From a virus (lineage: Duplodnaviria; Caudoviricetes), in IMG/VR virus record IMGVR_UViG_3300003316_000301, positions 64,001 through 128,000 of that record: DNA of 64,000 nt. One strand, 5' to 3'. A model generated the notes under the pieces. That model had not been told where the DNA came from and searched no databases. It was given only the letters and a program-made list of their open reading frames with translations. Every line of letters starts with the position of its first letter. Position 1 is the stretch's first letter. Both the position numbers and the translations under genes were made by a program. Positions 63,040 through 64,000 of the stretch are shown piece by piece.

Positions 63040-63780
63040 TCAGCGCTTCTTCTTCAGAGCGCGCAGGTACAGGGCGGAGCCGTCGCGGCCCTTCTTGACG
63101 GTGCGGCTGAGCAGCTCCACGCGGCCGGTCTTCAAGACGAAGGCTCGGATCTTCTCGGCGGTCGGCACCCGGCGGACCTCCGTCATCGCGTAGTACTCCT
63201 CCTTGGTCAGCTCACCGGCCTCGTACATCTCGGTGATCGCGCCGAGGTTCTCGGAAGTGCGGCCCGAGCTGAACTGGGTGGAGAAGCGGAGCGTGGTGCC
63301 GGGAATCTCGGTGTCCACCGGCTCGCCCTTGGCCGCCAGGATGTAGTGGCCGTCCTTGTCGCGCGGGGTCGCCGGGGTGACGACCTTGCCGCCACGGACG
63401 ACGTCCTTCGGGACCGCGAGTCCCTGCTCCTCGGCGTCCACGTCCTGGTGCGTCTTGACGTACTCCTTGAGGATCTCCTCGCGCTCGGACAGGAGCTTGC
63501 CGACGGCCTTGATCGCCTCCATCTCGACGCCGATCGAGCCGATCTCCTCCGGGCGCATGGTGCGCCGGTCGGTGACCGTGACCTTGTTGAAGGTCGAGGA
63601 CAGGACCTTGAGGGCCTGGCGGATCTCCGTGGTCGCAGTGAGCGGGGTCGGCAGGGTCGGGAAGTCCGAGCCCGCCTCCTCCTGCGGGATCTCCACGGAG
63701 AGTCCCTCGGCGATGTCCTTGAGGGACTTGTCCGCGAGCTGGAGCTTCTGAGCGCGGGAGATGGCAACGAGTTCGGTCAT
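63040..63780 (-). CDS. Hypothetical protein (246 aa)
   Basis: CAGGAGG SD at MTELVAIS. Confidence 0.8.
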   Translation of the reverse strand: MTELVAISRAQKLQLADKSLKDIAEGLSVEIPQEEAGSDFPTLPTPLTATTEIRQALKVLSSTFNKVTVTDRRTMRPEEIGSIGVEMEAIKAVGKLLSEREEILKEYVKTHQDVDAEEQGLAVPKDVVRGGKVVTPATPRDKDGHYILAAKGEPVDTEIPGTTLRFSTQFSSGRTSENLGAITEMYEAGELTKEEYYAMTEVRRVPTAEKIRAFVLKTGRVELLSRTVKKGRDGSALYLRALKKKR

Positions 63781-63822
63781 AGGGCGCCTCCTGGGGCGGT
63801 TGGTGTCTCTGGCGTTGGTCAA

Positions 63823-63843
63823 AGACTACAGGATTTCTTGGAG
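63823..63843 (-). promoter_or_regulatory. Operator-like dyad CTACAGGATTTCTTGGAG overlapping TAGTCT -10
   Basis: Same geometry as 3888-3908. Confidence 0.6.
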
Positions 63844-63849
63844 AAAGGG

Positions 63850-63886
63850 AAGAGGCCCCTCTGTCCGTGGCAGAGGGGCCTCTTCC
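63850..63886 (-). terminator. Hairpin terminator
   Basis: aagaggcccctctg-tccgtgg-cagaggggcctctt. Confidence 0.7.
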
Positions 63887-64000
63887 GCTCAGGGAGTGAT
63901 GGTCCAGCTCCAAGGCCTGGGAGGGTCCGGATCGGGCCGGTCGGCGTTGAGCTGCCGCACGTACTCGACCTCCTCGTGCAGCTCCTCGGCGCGGCGATTC

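Overview
This is a 64-kb segment of a large, high-GC (roughly 70% by eye) actinobacterial phage or plasmid-phage, probably infecting Streptomyces or a relative (inferred from GC, SD sequences, HrdB-like promoters and gene content). Every credible gene is on the minus strand; the long plus-strand ORFs are GC shadows. About 39-64 kb holds a self-contained replication, recombination and packaging block: MerR-like HTH, metallophosphoesterase, 5'-3' exonuclease, DnaC-like loader, DnaB, primase, J-domain-like protein, gp32-like SSB, DnaE, RecA, two PD-(D/E)XK nucleases, RuvC, sigma-like HTH, DUF932, DUF1653 and large terminase. Directly after the terminase is a ~1421-aa multi-enzyme protein (two ART-like repeats, ParB/Srx, Nudix, HExxH peptidase, Pol-beta NTase, 2H phosphoesterase) with recurring xTA/xQA motifs at domain junctions, which suggests a processed, virion-delivered polyprotein. 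About 0-34.8 kb is an array of ~65 small accessory genes in ~20 short transcription units. These share a promoter whose 18-bp spacer is itself a palindrome, a TGAC-N3-GTCA dyad near +1 and a GACTCC-N3-GGAGG leader. This region also has a hyaluronan/chitin-synthase-like GT2 locus, TerD, a permuted NlpC/P60 enzyme and two non-canonical tRNA-like RNAs, each preceded by the same GGGA-GCCCUGA-UCCC hairpin. A 12-bp AT-rich palindrome (GWTTTTAAAAWC) occurs 10 times across the window, including inside genes. All family calls come from motif recognition by eye; no searches were run.
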